Shown here: piece by piece, positions 15,798-25,093 of the stretch
Numbering within the stretch: position 1 is the first letter of the stretch
Layout: each line of letters starts with the position of its first letter
DNA from: Candidatus Firestoneibacteriota bacterium
GTDB taxonomy: Bacteria > Oederibacteriota > D2-FULL-39-29 > JBDRBU01
Assembly (NCBI GenBank): GCA_043822305.1
Contig: JBDRBU010000018.1
Span: forward strand, 1 to 28,997
Length of the DNA: 28,997 bases
Reading direction: 5' to 3'
Translations under genes and position numbers: made by a program
The notes under the pieces: model-generated
Database searches by the model: none
Told to the model about the DNA's origin: nothing
The model's input: the letters and a program-made list of their open reading frames with translations, nothing else

Positions 15798-16819
15798 ATA
15801 AACTTGCGTGTTTCCTCTTTACTATCTTTGCCAATTAAATATTTTTTTCGTTCTTCTAATAAAACAAGTTGTGATGAAATTCTTTTATATTCTATCTTGC
15901 TGTATTTTTTATTAATTTTTTTATTTATATCATTTTGAACTGGAATTAATCTATTATATGCATTAAGTTTTTCAATCGCTTCTTTAATAAAATTCTCATT
16001 TATATCACAGCCAATGAATTTTCTACCATATGCAATGCATAAATCCAACATAGTTCCAGAACCCAAAAAAGGTTCAAAAACGGTATCATTTTCATCTGTA
16101 ACCGATAATAATAATTTTTTTACTATCTTACTCGGAAAAGTCGCAGTATGACCGGTTTTGGGTTCGGTAGAAGCCATCCATACCTGATTATCTAACCTAT
16201 ATTTTCCACTTTGTCCCATTACCATAATATGTTCTGGATTAAACTTATACTTTCCTTTTTTTGTAAAATGCAAAATATACTCGGCACTTTGCCTCACTCT
16301 ATCCTTTACATTTTCCGGCATAGGATTGGGTTTTTCCCAGATAATATGCTGTCTCCAAATAAATCCCATATCAACCAATCTTATTGCTATTCTATAAGGT
16401 ATTCCGCATAATGATTTATTTTTTATTATATTATGTCTGGCTGTTACAGAACTTGTATTTCCTTGCCCGTTAGAATCTAATCCGTATCTACGATAAGATA
16501 TATCTTTGTTGTGTTCCCAATGATTATGATGTGAACGAGATACCCCGCTACCCATATAACTATCTTGTATAATAATAAAAATAGAGCCGACATCTTTCAT
16601 TATCTGTAATAACGAAGAAAATAAATTAACATTTCTGTCTATATAATCCTCTAATTTTTCACTTCCGAATTCTTTTTTATCGCCTGTAAAATTCCGTTTT
16701 CCCCAATAAGTAGGACTGGTTATAACTGCTTGAATAGTATTTTTAGGCAAATGTTTTAAGCATTCAAAAACATCCCCAGCAAATAATTTTATTTTATCGT
16801 CGGAATACATTATTTCCAT
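15794..16819 (-). CDS. Beta-class N4-cytosine/N6-adenine DNA methyltransferase
   Basis: Motif IV variant TSPTY near N-terminus; GIPYRIA..L...G..WRQ.IIWEKPNPMPE.VKDR....EYI; HTATFP; motif I variant EPFLGSGT near C-terminus (beta order). Confidence 0.9.
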   Translation of the reverse strand: MEIMYSDDKIKLFAGDVFECLKHLPKNTIQAVITSPTYWGKRNFTGDKKEFGSEKLEDYIDRNVNLFSSLLQIMKDVGSIFIIIQDSYMGSGVSRSHHNHWEHNKDISYRRYGLDSNGQGNTSSVTARHNIIKNKSLCGIPYRIAIRLVDMGFIWRQHIIWEKPNPMPENVKDRVRQSAEYILHFTKKGKYKFNPEHIMVMGQSGKYRLDNQVWMASTEPKTGHTATFPSKIVKKLLLSVTDENDTVFEPFLGSGTMLDLCIAYGRKFIGCDINENFIKEAIEKLNAYNRLIPVQNDINKKINKKYSKIEYKRISSQLVLLEERKKYLIGKDSKEETRKFI

Positions 16820-17532
16820 ATTCTTATATTGCTGATATCCTGATTATTTGCTTGTATTGTAGAGAATTTTTCAGGATATGCCAAAGCACATTTTTCACAG
16901 GCATTTTTATTGCAAACATTACAAATTTTATTTTTTTCAGCATTTACAAAAATAGATAATACCTGCCAATTTTCTAACTCGTCTGTGCCGCCTTTTGATA
17001 CAGGTTCGCGATGGTCATATGTGGGTTGCATAAGCGATTTACAAAAAAAGTGAATACCTGTTAGTTGCCGGTCTAATTTAATTCCGGTTATATTACATTT
17101 CCCTTTGAATTTATTATAAAGTTCATCTTGTTGTTGTTTATTTAAGGCAACGCGATATTGTGGCACCGACAACGAAATAAACTCATCCGAATTAATATGT
17201 CCATAATATTTGAATAATTTTTCAACATCTATTTTTACATGCATTACTTTATGTTTTCCCCTCTTTTCAATGAGAAAATTTGAAAAACCATTACCAATTC
17301 TTAAATCAGAGTGGGCTCGGTTAGGGTCATTAAGTTTGCCGTCTAACATATGTATATTGATAAATTCAGGATATGCATACAATAATTCTTTCATTACTGT
17401 AAAAGCTCTTTTGATTTTTAATTGAAATTGTAATGTTTTACTATTATAAGTTATTTCAAACTGTTTTTTCTTCTCATTTAATATTCTGAAACTATAATTT
17501 TTCATCTTTTGTTTGTTTGCTTCCTTTTTCAT
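16810..17532 (-). CDS. HNH endonuclease, candidate type II restriction enzyme
   Basis: YDHREPVSKGG.D..EN.Q.L....NAEK HNH core; C-terminal CxxC-x4-CxxC; N-terminal putative winged-helix; overlaps the methyltransferase gene. Confidence 0.8.
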   Translation of the reverse strand: MKKEANKQKMKNYSFRILNEKKKQFEITYNSKTLQFQLKIKRAFTVMKELLYAYPEFINIHMLDGKLNDPNRAHSDLRIGNGFSNFLIEKRGKHKVMHVKIDVEKLFKYYGHINSDEFISLSVPQYRVALNKQQQDELYNKFKGKCNITGIKLDRQLTGIHFFCKSLMQPTYDHREPVSKGGTDELENWQVLSIFVNAEKNKICNVCNKNACEKCALAYPEKFSTIQANNQDISNIRIWK

Positions 17533-17549
17533 TGTACTAAAAAATAAAC

Positions 17550-17558
17550 ATTATAACA
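17550..17558 (-). promoter_or_regulatory. Extended -10 element upstream of the HNH/MTase pair
   Basis: Minus strand TGTTATAAT, 17 nt upstream of ATG 17532; no clear -35. Confidence 0.45.
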
Positions 17559-17577
17559 ACAAAATTTTGTAGTAAAT

Positions 17578-17946
17578 TCACTTTATGCTAATAAAATCTT
17601 TTACGAAAGGAAGTATCGCACCAATACAATCAAATACCCAGTCAAAAACACTGCAATCTCTTAATGGAACAAAATATTGATGAAGCTCATCGGTAATACC
17701 ATAGATTGCAGAAAAAATTATCGCAATAAAAATTGCTTTTTTTATTCTAACATTCTCAGAATAATGCAATGCTCTAAAGATAAACCAGCTTAACAAAAAA
17801 TACACAAATAAATGTGCAATTTTATCTAAAAACGGAATATTTAAAATTTGTCCGCCTGGAAACTCCGACTTAGAAGAAATATAAAATATTCCCGCTAAAA
17901 TAACAAACACAGGTAACCAATAAAAAAACCTTTTCGAAAATCTCAT
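17578..17946 (-). CDS. VanZ-family membrane protein
   Basis: DKIAH...Y, YGITDELHQYFVPLR.CS..DW..D..G. Confidence 0.92.
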   Translation of the reverse strand: MRFSKRFFYWLPVFVILAGIFYISSKSEFPGGQILNIPFLDKIAHLFVYFLLSWFIFRALHYSENVRIKKAIFIAIIFSAIYGITDELHQYFVPLRDCSVFDWVFDCIGAILPFVKDFISIK

Positions 17947-19535
17947 CTAATCTCCACGATATCTCCATCTTTAATACTTAGAATATGTAAATCTTTTCTT
18001 AGTTTTCCATCTTTAAAATAAGTTTTTCCAGCAACATTAAAAAAATCTTTCAAATTTAATAGTTTATTTTTTATATCTTCTTTATTTCGCGCTCCTTGTG
18101 TTATAAGTTCTAAAATAAGATTACAAGTATCATACCCCGATGCGGCCAAGTAATCAGGTTCTTCAAAATATTTACTTTTATAAAACTCTGTAAACTCAGA
18201 AACTAATGGTAAATTACTCTGCAAGAAATATGGGACAGTAAAGAAACTCCCTTCCAGATTAGATTTGCTTGTTCTTAAAAATTTCTCATTTTGCCATTCA
18301 CTATTTCCTAAGAATAGTACTCTTAAATCATAAAATAAAAGATGAGAAATAATTACCTCGGCAGAAGTTGAATCATTCACGGGAATATAAATCGCTTGTA
18401 GTTCTAAAGGATTCACAATTGGCCTATCGGAAACACCATAATCAAAAGAAATATTTGTAATCTTATTATTAAAAACATTTTCAATTTTTATATTCACCGT
18501 ATAAGTTAAAGGATATTTTTCAATCACACTACCGGCTATATAAATATCTGCATCAAAATTCCTGCAAATTTCTTCTTTTTTAGAACTTTGTTCTTTAATA
18601 AAGTTGTAAACTTTTGTCATTTCTATTACTTCTATTTCTTTTACTTTTGCTAATCCATAACTAAGTTTTTTGGCAATAATTTCTCCAAAATTAAGTTCTT
18701 CCCTTAAGACCAGATTTTCTTTCCCAATATTTTTAAATAAAAGCAGAACGATTTTACTTGATTTATTCTTCCCTATAAGTGTTTTTACATGTAGAACTAA
18801 TTTACTTAAAAGGCTTTCTAAATTCTGTTTATCTGCTTCTAATATATCTTTTATAATGTGTGGGTCAATTCCACCTAAGGATAGCATTTGTTCTTTAAAA
18901 TCATATGTGCCATCTTCAAATTTTTCTATTTTAATGATTTCTCCACCTAATTCTTTTACAGTCTTAGCGAATGAATCAGCACAATAATTGCTATAAGAAC
19001 TATTTGAATGAATTATGGCCAATTTATTCTTTTTACACTCTAAGACCGCATATTCAGCCATAACTCTTCCTTCATCAAAAGGTGAAATAATATTTTCAAA
19101 GAAATACGAGTTATCTGGAATCTCTTCTAAGGACGATGCCGAAGGTGTTATGACCGGTAATTTTAGCTCGTTGGCTAATTTTGAAATTTCAGAAACATTC
19201 GCATTGAATACCGGTCCAATGACAGCAATCGTTTTATCATCTTTAGCAATTTTTTCTAAAGATTTTATATCGGAAATCTCCAAAGAAATGTTTAGATTAT
19301 ATTTCAAATTAAATTTTTCTATCGCTGTTTCAATTCCGTTTTTAATCTTTTTACTATATTCACTCTGTTCATCAGATAAAGAAGCAATAAAACCTACCTT
19401 CAAATCTAAGGATTTAACATCAATCTGTGGTACACTCTTATATTGTTGTTCTTTAATCTCGTCTCTTACAACTATTCTATTTGTACATGATATAAAATTA
19501 ATTATAACTATTATTAGAATTATAATTTTTCTCAT
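17943..19535 (-). CDS. LpoA-like / periplasmic binding protein type 1 lipoprotein with an inserted CsgG/FlgO/LpoB-like domain
   Basis: Lipobox-like FIS-C; VGFIASLS, AVIGP, F...V.ELGGEI, DFKEQ...L, AIYIP, LG...W, P..LAA.GYD, F..VAG...F...G; about 145-aa insert. Confidence 0.72.
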   Translation of the reverse strand: MRKIIILIIVIINFISCTNRIVVRDEIKEQQYKSVPQIDVKSLDLKVGFIASLSDEQSEYSKKIKNGIETAIEKFNLKYNLNISLEISDIKSLEKIAKDDKTIAVIGPVFNANVSEISKLANELKLPVITPSASSLEEIPDNSYFFENIISPFDEGRVMAEYAVLECKKNKLAIIHSNSSYSNYCADSFAKTVKELGGEIIKIEKFEDGTYDFKEQMLSLGGIDPHIIKDILEADKQNLESLLSKLVLHVKTLIGKNKSSKIVLLLFKNIGKENLVLREELNFGEIIAKKLSYGLAKVKEIEVIEMTKVYNFIKEQSSKKEEICRNFDADIYIAGSVIEKYPLTYTVNIKIENVFNNKITNISFDYGVSDRPIVNPLELQAIYIPVNDSTSAEVIISHLLFYDLRVLFLGNSEWQNEKFLRTSKSNLEGSFFTVPYFLQSNLPLVSEFTEFYKSKYFEEPDYLAASGYDTCNLILELITQGARNKEDIKNKLLNLKDFFNVAGKTYFKDGKLRKDLHILSIKDGDIVEIR

Positions 19536-19566
19536 TTTTTCCCTCTATGCCTCTACACATCTATCC

Positions 19567-21753
19567 TTACACCTGCCACATAATTGATTCAAAATCTTCA
19601 CCCGGTATTGTTAGGCCAACAACACCCGTTGGTGGCCATTTTTCAATCTCATTTTTATTCTTAAATACGGTTAAGATCATAGTTATATTATCCTTCTCTT
19701 GGACAGAAAGCACTTTGAATGGTATGCTTATTTCTACAATTTTTAATGCTGAAATTTTTATATCCAAATTAACTACTTCTATCCATTCTGATTTTTCATC
19801 ATTTTTTATATAAAAACTATGTTTAACCTCATAATTAGAAGGATTAACCTCAAATACCAATTTTCGAGAGTCCAGATTAATAAAAACCAACTCAAAATTA
19901 AGATTCTTAAAACTTTCACTGTTTAATAAAATGTTAAAATCAAACCTTAAATATAGTGTTTCTAAGTTAAAGCCAAAATATATGGATTTTACTATGGTAT
20001 TTGCCCTGTGAATAGAACTGCTTGATTTTGCAACCTCATAAATTCCAGCACAACTCCATTCATAAAAATTGGTTATCTTTCCATCTATTTGAGGTTGTAG
20101 AAAAGCAGAAGGTAAAAATTGTGGCAGTATATTCTTTGTTGCTAAAACAATTGGTGTTAATAAGTAAGAAGGAGGTTCCTTACCAGCAAATTTATAAATG
20201 TTTAAAAGATGCTTTCTAAATAAATAGTCAAATTCTTCATCCAATAAAGAAGAATGATCATCACCATACCACCAGCACCAGTCACTACCTTCTGCTATTA
20301 AAAGTTCTTCTTTTATTTTTTCATAAATCTGAGGGTTAATATTATCCATCCAACTTTGAACATCTTCTTTGGTCTTATATAAATATTCCCATGCTTTAAT
20401 ATCTTCTTTATGTCCTATCCATATATAAAAATTGTGATTTATCCATGAGCCAGGATATAACTTTGGAAGTGTATCAACTGCTGGAAATTTATTAAGATAT
20501 TCACTTACAGTAACAGTTTTTATATTAGAGTCATTGCTTAATTTACCATACAAAGATCTAAGGAAATCTATCCCATTATTTTTATAATACTCCCATGCAT
20601 TTTCACCATCCAATATTATGCTTATTAAAGGATTTTTTATGTTAGTATTCTTAGCGATATTATAAATCCTGTTTATAAAATCATTAGCAGCAGTTTCAGC
20701 ATCCCATTTAGAATAAACAAAACCTATTAAATCTGCTAATTCCTTATCCCGAAATATTATATTTAATTCAGAATTATCTTTTTTTATCTTATAAGGTTTG
20801 TATAAAACATTTTCCTTTTTATCAATATTATCTAATGAATTCATTAAAATTTCCTCATCTGTCGCCATCCATTTTATTCCTTCTTTTTGAATAAGAGGTA
20901 TAATATCTTCACTAACTCCTCCTTCTGCTGGCCATAGACCAGTTGGTTTTTCGCCAAATCTATCTAAATAAAGTTCTACTGACTTTTTAATATGCATTTC
21001 AGCATCGGAAGGCGAATGAAATCTAAAAGGAATATTAACATCTGGTAAAGAAACTTTTGCTATATTAGTATCGTAAATTAAAGGTAAGATTGGATGGTAA
21101 AATGGTGTCGTTGAAATTTCTATTTGTTTCCTTTGCCTTACTTCTTTATATTTAGGTATTATTTTTGATATAATTTCTTTTTGTTTTGAAATTAAGATAC
21201 TCTTATCTTCTTCTGAGAACCTCCTTTCTTTCTTTTTTAACCTGCTTAACTCCTTATCCTCAGCTATGGTCACCGGGTCAAACCAGGCTAAATTAAACAA
21301 AATCTGTAAATCTAAATAATCCTGAGTATTAAAACTTTCACAATTTTTAGAAAGTTCTTTTAACGAAACATAGTAACCTCTTTTTTCTAACAACTCTAAA
21401 TATCTTGGATAAACTCTTATCATATTATCACCGTTAGCCATAAAGAAGTTCCAAAGTATAAACACTTTATCATTCTCAGTTAAATCCGTTGCTTTTTTCA
21501 AGGTTAAATCAAGCAGATTATCAGTTGCATTATTAAAAGCATAATCCTCGATCTGGACAATTAAAGAAGGGACAAGATTAAAGGTGAGTTTAATTTGTGG
21601 AAATTCATCAAGTAAAGCAACCATTCTATAGTAATCCTTTATACAATGAAGCCTTACCCATGGCATAACATATTTACCATCTTCTAAATCCTTGTAAAAA
21701 GGTTGATGCATGTGCCATAAGAAGGCGATATGAATAAAATTGTCATCGCTCAT
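19567..21753 (-). CDS. Glycoside hydrolase family 57 (amylopullulanase-like)
   Basis: LWHMHQPFY, PWVRLH..KDY, TPFYHPILPL, WPAEG (nucleophile), DGENAWE (acid/base), AEGSDW.WW; C-terminal beta domain (IDG...EW...LYLRFD). Confidence 0.95.
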   Translation of the reverse strand: MSDDNFIHIAFLWHMHQPFYKDLEDGKYVMPWVRLHCIKDYYRMVALLDEFPQIKLTFNLVPSLIVQIEDYAFNNATDNLLDLTLKKATDLTENDKVFILWNFFMANGDNMIRVYPRYLELLEKRGYYVSLKELSKNCESFNTQDYLDLQILFNLAWFDPVTIAEDKELSRLKKKERRFSEEDKSILISKQKEIISKIIPKYKEVRQRKQIEISTTPFYHPILPLIYDTNIAKVSLPDVNIPFRFHSPSDAEMHIKKSVELYLDRFGEKPTGLWPAEGGVSEDIIPLIQKEGIKWMATDEEILMNSLDNIDKKENVLYKPYKIKKDNSELNIIFRDKELADLIGFVYSKWDAETAANDFINRIYNIAKNTNIKNPLISIILDGENAWEYYKNNGIDFLRSLYGKLSNDSNIKTVTVSEYLNKFPAVDTLPKLYPGSWINHNFYIWIGHKEDIKAWEYLYKTKEDVQSWMDNINPQIYEKIKEELLIAEGSDWCWWYGDDHSSLLDEEFDYLFRKHLLNIYKFAGKEPPSYLLTPIVLATKNILPQFLPSAFLQPQIDGKITNFYEWSCAGIYEVAKSSSSIHRANTIVKSIYFGFNLETLYLRFDFNILLNSESFKNLNFELVFINLDSRKLVFEVNPSNYEVKHSFYIKNDEKSEWIEVVNLDIKISALKIVEISIPFKVLSVQEKDNITMILTVFKNKNEIEKWPPTGVVGLTIPGEDFESIMWQV

Positions 21754-21766
21754 AAAGGTTGGTTTT

Positions 21767-22435
21767 TCACCTTTCTATATTCTCTCTTGCAAGTTCTATC
21801 CAAGGTGATTTTGGGAACTTATTAACAACTTCTTTGTATTTTTCTTTTGCTTCGCTAATTTTTCCCATTAATTTCAAATTTCTTGCTGTGTTAATTAAGA
21901 CCTCATCTTTTGCATAATAATCAGGAAATTTTTTCAATAATTCTTCATAAGTAGAAATTGCTTTGCTAAAATCTTTTTTTTCTTCATATGCACAAGCAAG
22001 AGAAACATAAACAGATTGTTTTAAGACATCTATCATCTTTTTTTTCTTGGCTTCTTCATACTGTTTTACAGCCTCATCAAATCTTCCAATTTTATAATAA
22101 CAATTGCCCAGATAATATATAACCTCTCCGATATACTTACTACCAGGATAATTTGTTGTTATGATTTTTAAATTATTAATCATAATATCGTTTATATCCC
22201 CATTAAAATATTTTTGCTTTTCACTACTTAATTTTGAATACACAGTACTATCTATGTTAGATCTATATGTGCCATACATAAAGATAAAAATTATGGCCAC
22301 AACAACATAAAACAGCCAATTTAAAGATTTTTTTAAACCTTCTGGTTTTTTTAAGTATTCAACAACTCTCTTTGTAAAAGAAATAAGTTCATCTTCTTTC
22401 AACATTTTTTTAAATTCCATTTTTTCTTTTTTCAT
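21767..22435 (-). CDS. Membrane-anchored TPR protein (YfgM-like)
   Basis: LKEDEL N-terminus, single TM, TPR repeats (YYLGNCYY..G.FDEA..Y; LA.AYE..KD...A...Y); ATGA overlap with PHP gene. Confidence 0.75.
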   Translation of the reverse strand: MKKEKMEFKKMLKEDELISFTKRVVEYLKKPEGLKKSLNWLFYVVVAIIFIFMYGTYRSNIDSTVYSKLSSEKQKYFNGDINDIMINNLKIITTNYPGSKYIGEVIYYLGNCYYKIGRFDEAVKQYEEAKKKKMIDVLKQSVYVSLACAYEEKKDFSKAISTYEELLKKFPDYYAKDEVLINTARNLKLMGKISEAKEKYKEVVNKFPKSPWIELARENIER

Positions 22436-23082
22436 TTTAATATCTCCTTTACAAATTCTTCAGAATTCTTGAAAAGTTTTTTTATCTGGTGTAAACTCAA
22501 TCCAGCACCCCTGGCCACTTTTACGGTAAAATTGTATGTGACTAAATCATCTGGACTATGCGCATCAGTATTTAAAACTAAATTAACTCCTGCTTCTAAT
22601 GCTATTTTAGCCACATATCCATTTGTAAGTGAGTGCCCCGGCCTTGTTGTAAGTTCTAACATTATACCTTTTTTCTTTGCTAATTCCACTTCTTTTTTTG
22701 TAATAAATCCTGGATGAGCAAGTAGATCAATATCAGAATTCAAGGCCGCTAGATTTGTTCCAGGTATAACTGGTTCGACTATAGTTTCTCCATGAACTAT
22801 TATTAATTTAATTCCCATGTTTCTTGCTTCTTTAGCTAAAACTGGAATATGTTTTGGAAATACATGAGTTATTTCAACCCCTGGTATAACTTTTATCTTA
22901 AAAAATTTATTTATTTCCTCACAAACTTTTATAGTCTTTAAAGCAATATCTTCTATATTTGAATCATCAACATGGTCTGTTATCCCTAAGTATCTATAAC
23001 CTTTTATCTCAGCTCTTCTGGCTAACTCAGATGGAATCAACCCCCCATCACTAAGTAACGAATGCATATGTAAACTTATCAT
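22432..23082 (-). CDS. PHP-domain (histidinol phosphate phosphatase-like) protein
   Basis: LHMHSLLSDG, ITDH, GVEITH, VHGETIVEPV, AHPG, NTDAH; SD GAGGTG. Confidence 0.9.
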   Translation of the reverse strand: MISLHMHSLLSDGGLIPSELARRAEIKGYRYLGITDHVDDSNIEDIALKTIKVCEEINKFFKIKVIPGVEITHVFPKHIPVLAKEARNMGIKLIIVHGETIVEPVIPGTNLAALNSDIDLLAHPGFITKKEVELAKKKGIMLELTTRPGHSLTNGYVAKIALEAGVNLVLNTDAHSPDDLVTYNFTVKVARGAGLSLHQIKKLFKNSEEFVKEILK

Positions 23083-23117
23083 ATTTTCACCTCAAGAATA
23101 TTATATTAACTTTAAAC

Positions 23118-23146
23118 ATCATATCATTTAAAAATATATTTTTCAA
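23118..23146 (-). promoter_or_regulatory. sigma70 promoter for the PHP-TPR-GH57 run
   Basis: Minus strand TTGAAA (23146-23141), 17 bp, TG-extended TATGAT (23123-23118). Confidence 0.6.
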
Positions 23147-23206
23147 GGGTTAAATTAAGGGTTCTGTGATTCTAGACAGTAGAGAGTTCTAAAGGCTATA
23201 AATGGA

Positions 23207-23230
23207 GTCGGGGTCGTCTCTGACCCCGAC
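23207..23230. repeat. Perfect 9-bp palindrome GTCGGGGTC-GTCTCT-GACCCCGAC (REP-like; may also end the sugar operon transcript)
   Basis: Reverse complement GTCGGGGTCAGAGACGACCCCGAC matches 138-162 with one substitution and one indel; 5 bp past the stop at 23236. Confidence 0.72.
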
Positions 23231-23235
23231 ATACA

Positions 23236-24270
23236 TTATATTGGTTTATGCTTTCTCCCGGCTTCATATGCTGAAAGGACTATTTCCATGGACTTTTTAC
23301 CTTCTTCACCTGGAATCGGAACATCTTTGTTGTTCAAAATAGCATCTGAAAATTTATTTATATAATTTATTCTTGGACTTAACCATTCATCTTCCATCTT
23401 TTCAAGAGCAACTTCATTCCATTGGTTTGGAACAAGTCCTTCAAATTCTTTAGATACATAAACCTTGAACGGGTTAGCCGATAAAATTATCTGCCCCTGT
23501 GTCCCATAAATTCTATTTGTTGTTTCTCCACCGCCAAATGCAGTTGAACTTGTTTGAATCATACCAAGAGCACCATTTTTATATCTCATTATCACGACGA
23601 TCATATCTTCTACTTCTACCTTTGTCGCAAATGTGTCAAATTCACTATAAATTCTTTCCACTTCTAAACCTGTTATATGGTACAGCATATCAATATAGTG
23701 ACTCACATTCATAATTAAAACTCCGCCTCCGCTCTTGTTAACACTTGTTCTCCAATCTGTTGTAACCGTTTTACGCCAGCCCTGTGTCCAGTAACTTTCA
23801 GGTTTATAACCCATTGATTGAATGGTAATATTTATAACTTTTCCAATAGCACCTTTTTCTACCAATCTTTTTGCTTCATCAACCATCGGTTGACACCTTA
23901 AAACATATGCAACGGAAAGTTTAACTCCTGCTTTTTTCGCCTCTCCTATCATCTCGTCAGCATCCTGTAAGTTCGTCGCCACAGGTTTTTCTACTATAAT
24001 ATGTTTACCCGCCTTGGCTGACTCAATAGCAACAGATTTATGTAAATAGTGAGGAACCGCTATTACAACAGCATCAATGTCTTTCCTGGCAAGAACTTCT
24101 TTTAAATCAGTAGTATTTGGAATATTATACTTCTTACCAAAGTTTTCCGCATATTCCTTATTTACATCCATTACAATTGTTAAAGTGGAGTTTTTTGACT
24201 TAATTATAGCTTGTGCCTCCTGCTCTGCTATATCTCCACACCCAATAAGCGCAAAAGAAAGTTTTCTCAT
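23236..24270 (-). CDS. Gfo/Idh/MocA-family oxidoreductase
   Basis: IGCGDIA Rossmann, D.V.IAVPH..H, AGKHIIVEKP, WR.....GGGVL....H.ID; ATG 24270 preferred (GGAGG SD upstream). Confidence 0.93.
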   Translation of the reverse strand: MRKLSFALIGCGDIAEQEAQAIIKSKNSTLTIVMDVNKEYAENFGKKYNIPNTTDLKEVLARKDIDAVVIAVPHYLHKSVAIESAKAGKHIIVEKPVATNLQDADEMIGEAKKAGVKLSVAYVLRCQPMVDEAKRLVEKGAIGKVINITIQSMGYKPESYWTQGWRKTVTTDWRTSVNKSGGGVLIMNVSHYIDMLYHITGLEVERIYSEFDTFATKVEVEDMIVVIMRYKNGALGMIQTSSTAFGGGETTNRIYGTQGQIILSANPFKVYVSKEFEGLVPNQWNEVALEKMEDEWLSPRINYINKFSDAILNNKDVPIPGEEGKKSMEIVLSAYEAGRKHKPI

Positions 24271-24271
24271 A

Positions 24272-25081
24272 TTAACCTCCATAATATTCGTTTAATTTTT
24301 TAGCATACTGAGGCAACGCAATACTTGCATCTGTAATTTCAGGATGCCACATCTTTTCCCATTCAACACAAAAATATTTTTCGTATTTAATAGATTTAAG
24401 CATTTTAATTGCTTTTTCCACAGGGATTTTCCCTTCACCACATAATGCAAGAGTATTAACATCCTTACCATCTTTGATATGAACATAATCTATAAATTTA
24501 CTCAATAGATTAACTGAATCTTCAATACTTGCTCCTGCATGAAAACTATTTGACATATCCCAGCATACTCCAACATTAGGATGGTTATTAGTTTGTTTTA
24601 TAACCTCTGCTACATTTTTTGAGAAAGAAAAATGGTCATGGGTCTCAAGTAAAACTTTAATATTATATGGTTTTGCAAAATCTCCAAGTCCCCTTAAATT
24701 TTCAGCAACAATTTTAATTGCTTCTTCTAAACTCATTTCTTTTGGAATAGAACCTCCAAAAACCCTAATAAAAGAAGCATTCATTTTGTTCGCTAAAATT
24801 ATATGGTCTTTTGCCTCTGTTAAACTTTTTTCCAACTCATCTGGTTTTTTCCCTGCAAATGAAGCAGATACTGACAAACATGTTACTTCTAACTTGTTTT
24901 CCTTCAACATTTTTAAGGACTTGGATAGATTCTCATCATTAAACTCAGGTACTTTTGTTAAATATAACTGCTTTTTTATTCCTCTTATCTCTATTGCCTC
25001 ATATCCATATTTTGGATATGTCTTACAGATTTCTTCAAAACTTGCATCTGGTGTAGCTAAAGTTGATGCTGCTAATTTCAT
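24272..25081 (-). CDS. Sugar phosphate isomerase/epimerase (AP endonuclease 2 TIM barrel)
   Basis: GYEAIEIR, IRVFGG, LLETHD, VCWD, VHIKD, GEG.IP, VEWEKMWHP. Confidence 0.9.
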   Translation of the reverse strand: MKLAASTLATPDASFEEICKTYPKYGYEAIEIRGIKKQLYLTKVPEFNDENLSKSLKMLKENKLEVTCLSVSASFAGKKPDELEKSLTEAKDHIILANKMNASFIRVFGGSIPKEMSLEEAIKIVAENLRGLGDFAKPYNIKVLLETHDHFSFSKNVAEVIKQTNNHPNVGVCWDMSNSFHAGASIEDSVNLLSKFIDYVHIKDGKDVNTLALCGEGKIPVEKAIKMLKSIKYEKYFCVEWEKMWHPEITDASIALPQYAKKLNEYYGG

Positions 25082-25093
25082 TTTACCTCCTCC

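Noticed and set aside
16810..17532. HNH as homing endonuclease or IscB/Cas9-like nuclease
   Set aside because: No intron or intein context, no RuvC motifs, no space for a guide RNA; adjacent MTase favours R-M.
19015..19587. 190-aa plus-strand ORF
   Set aside because: Antisense shadow of the LpoA-like gene; Ser/Ile/Phe-rich with no motifs or SD.
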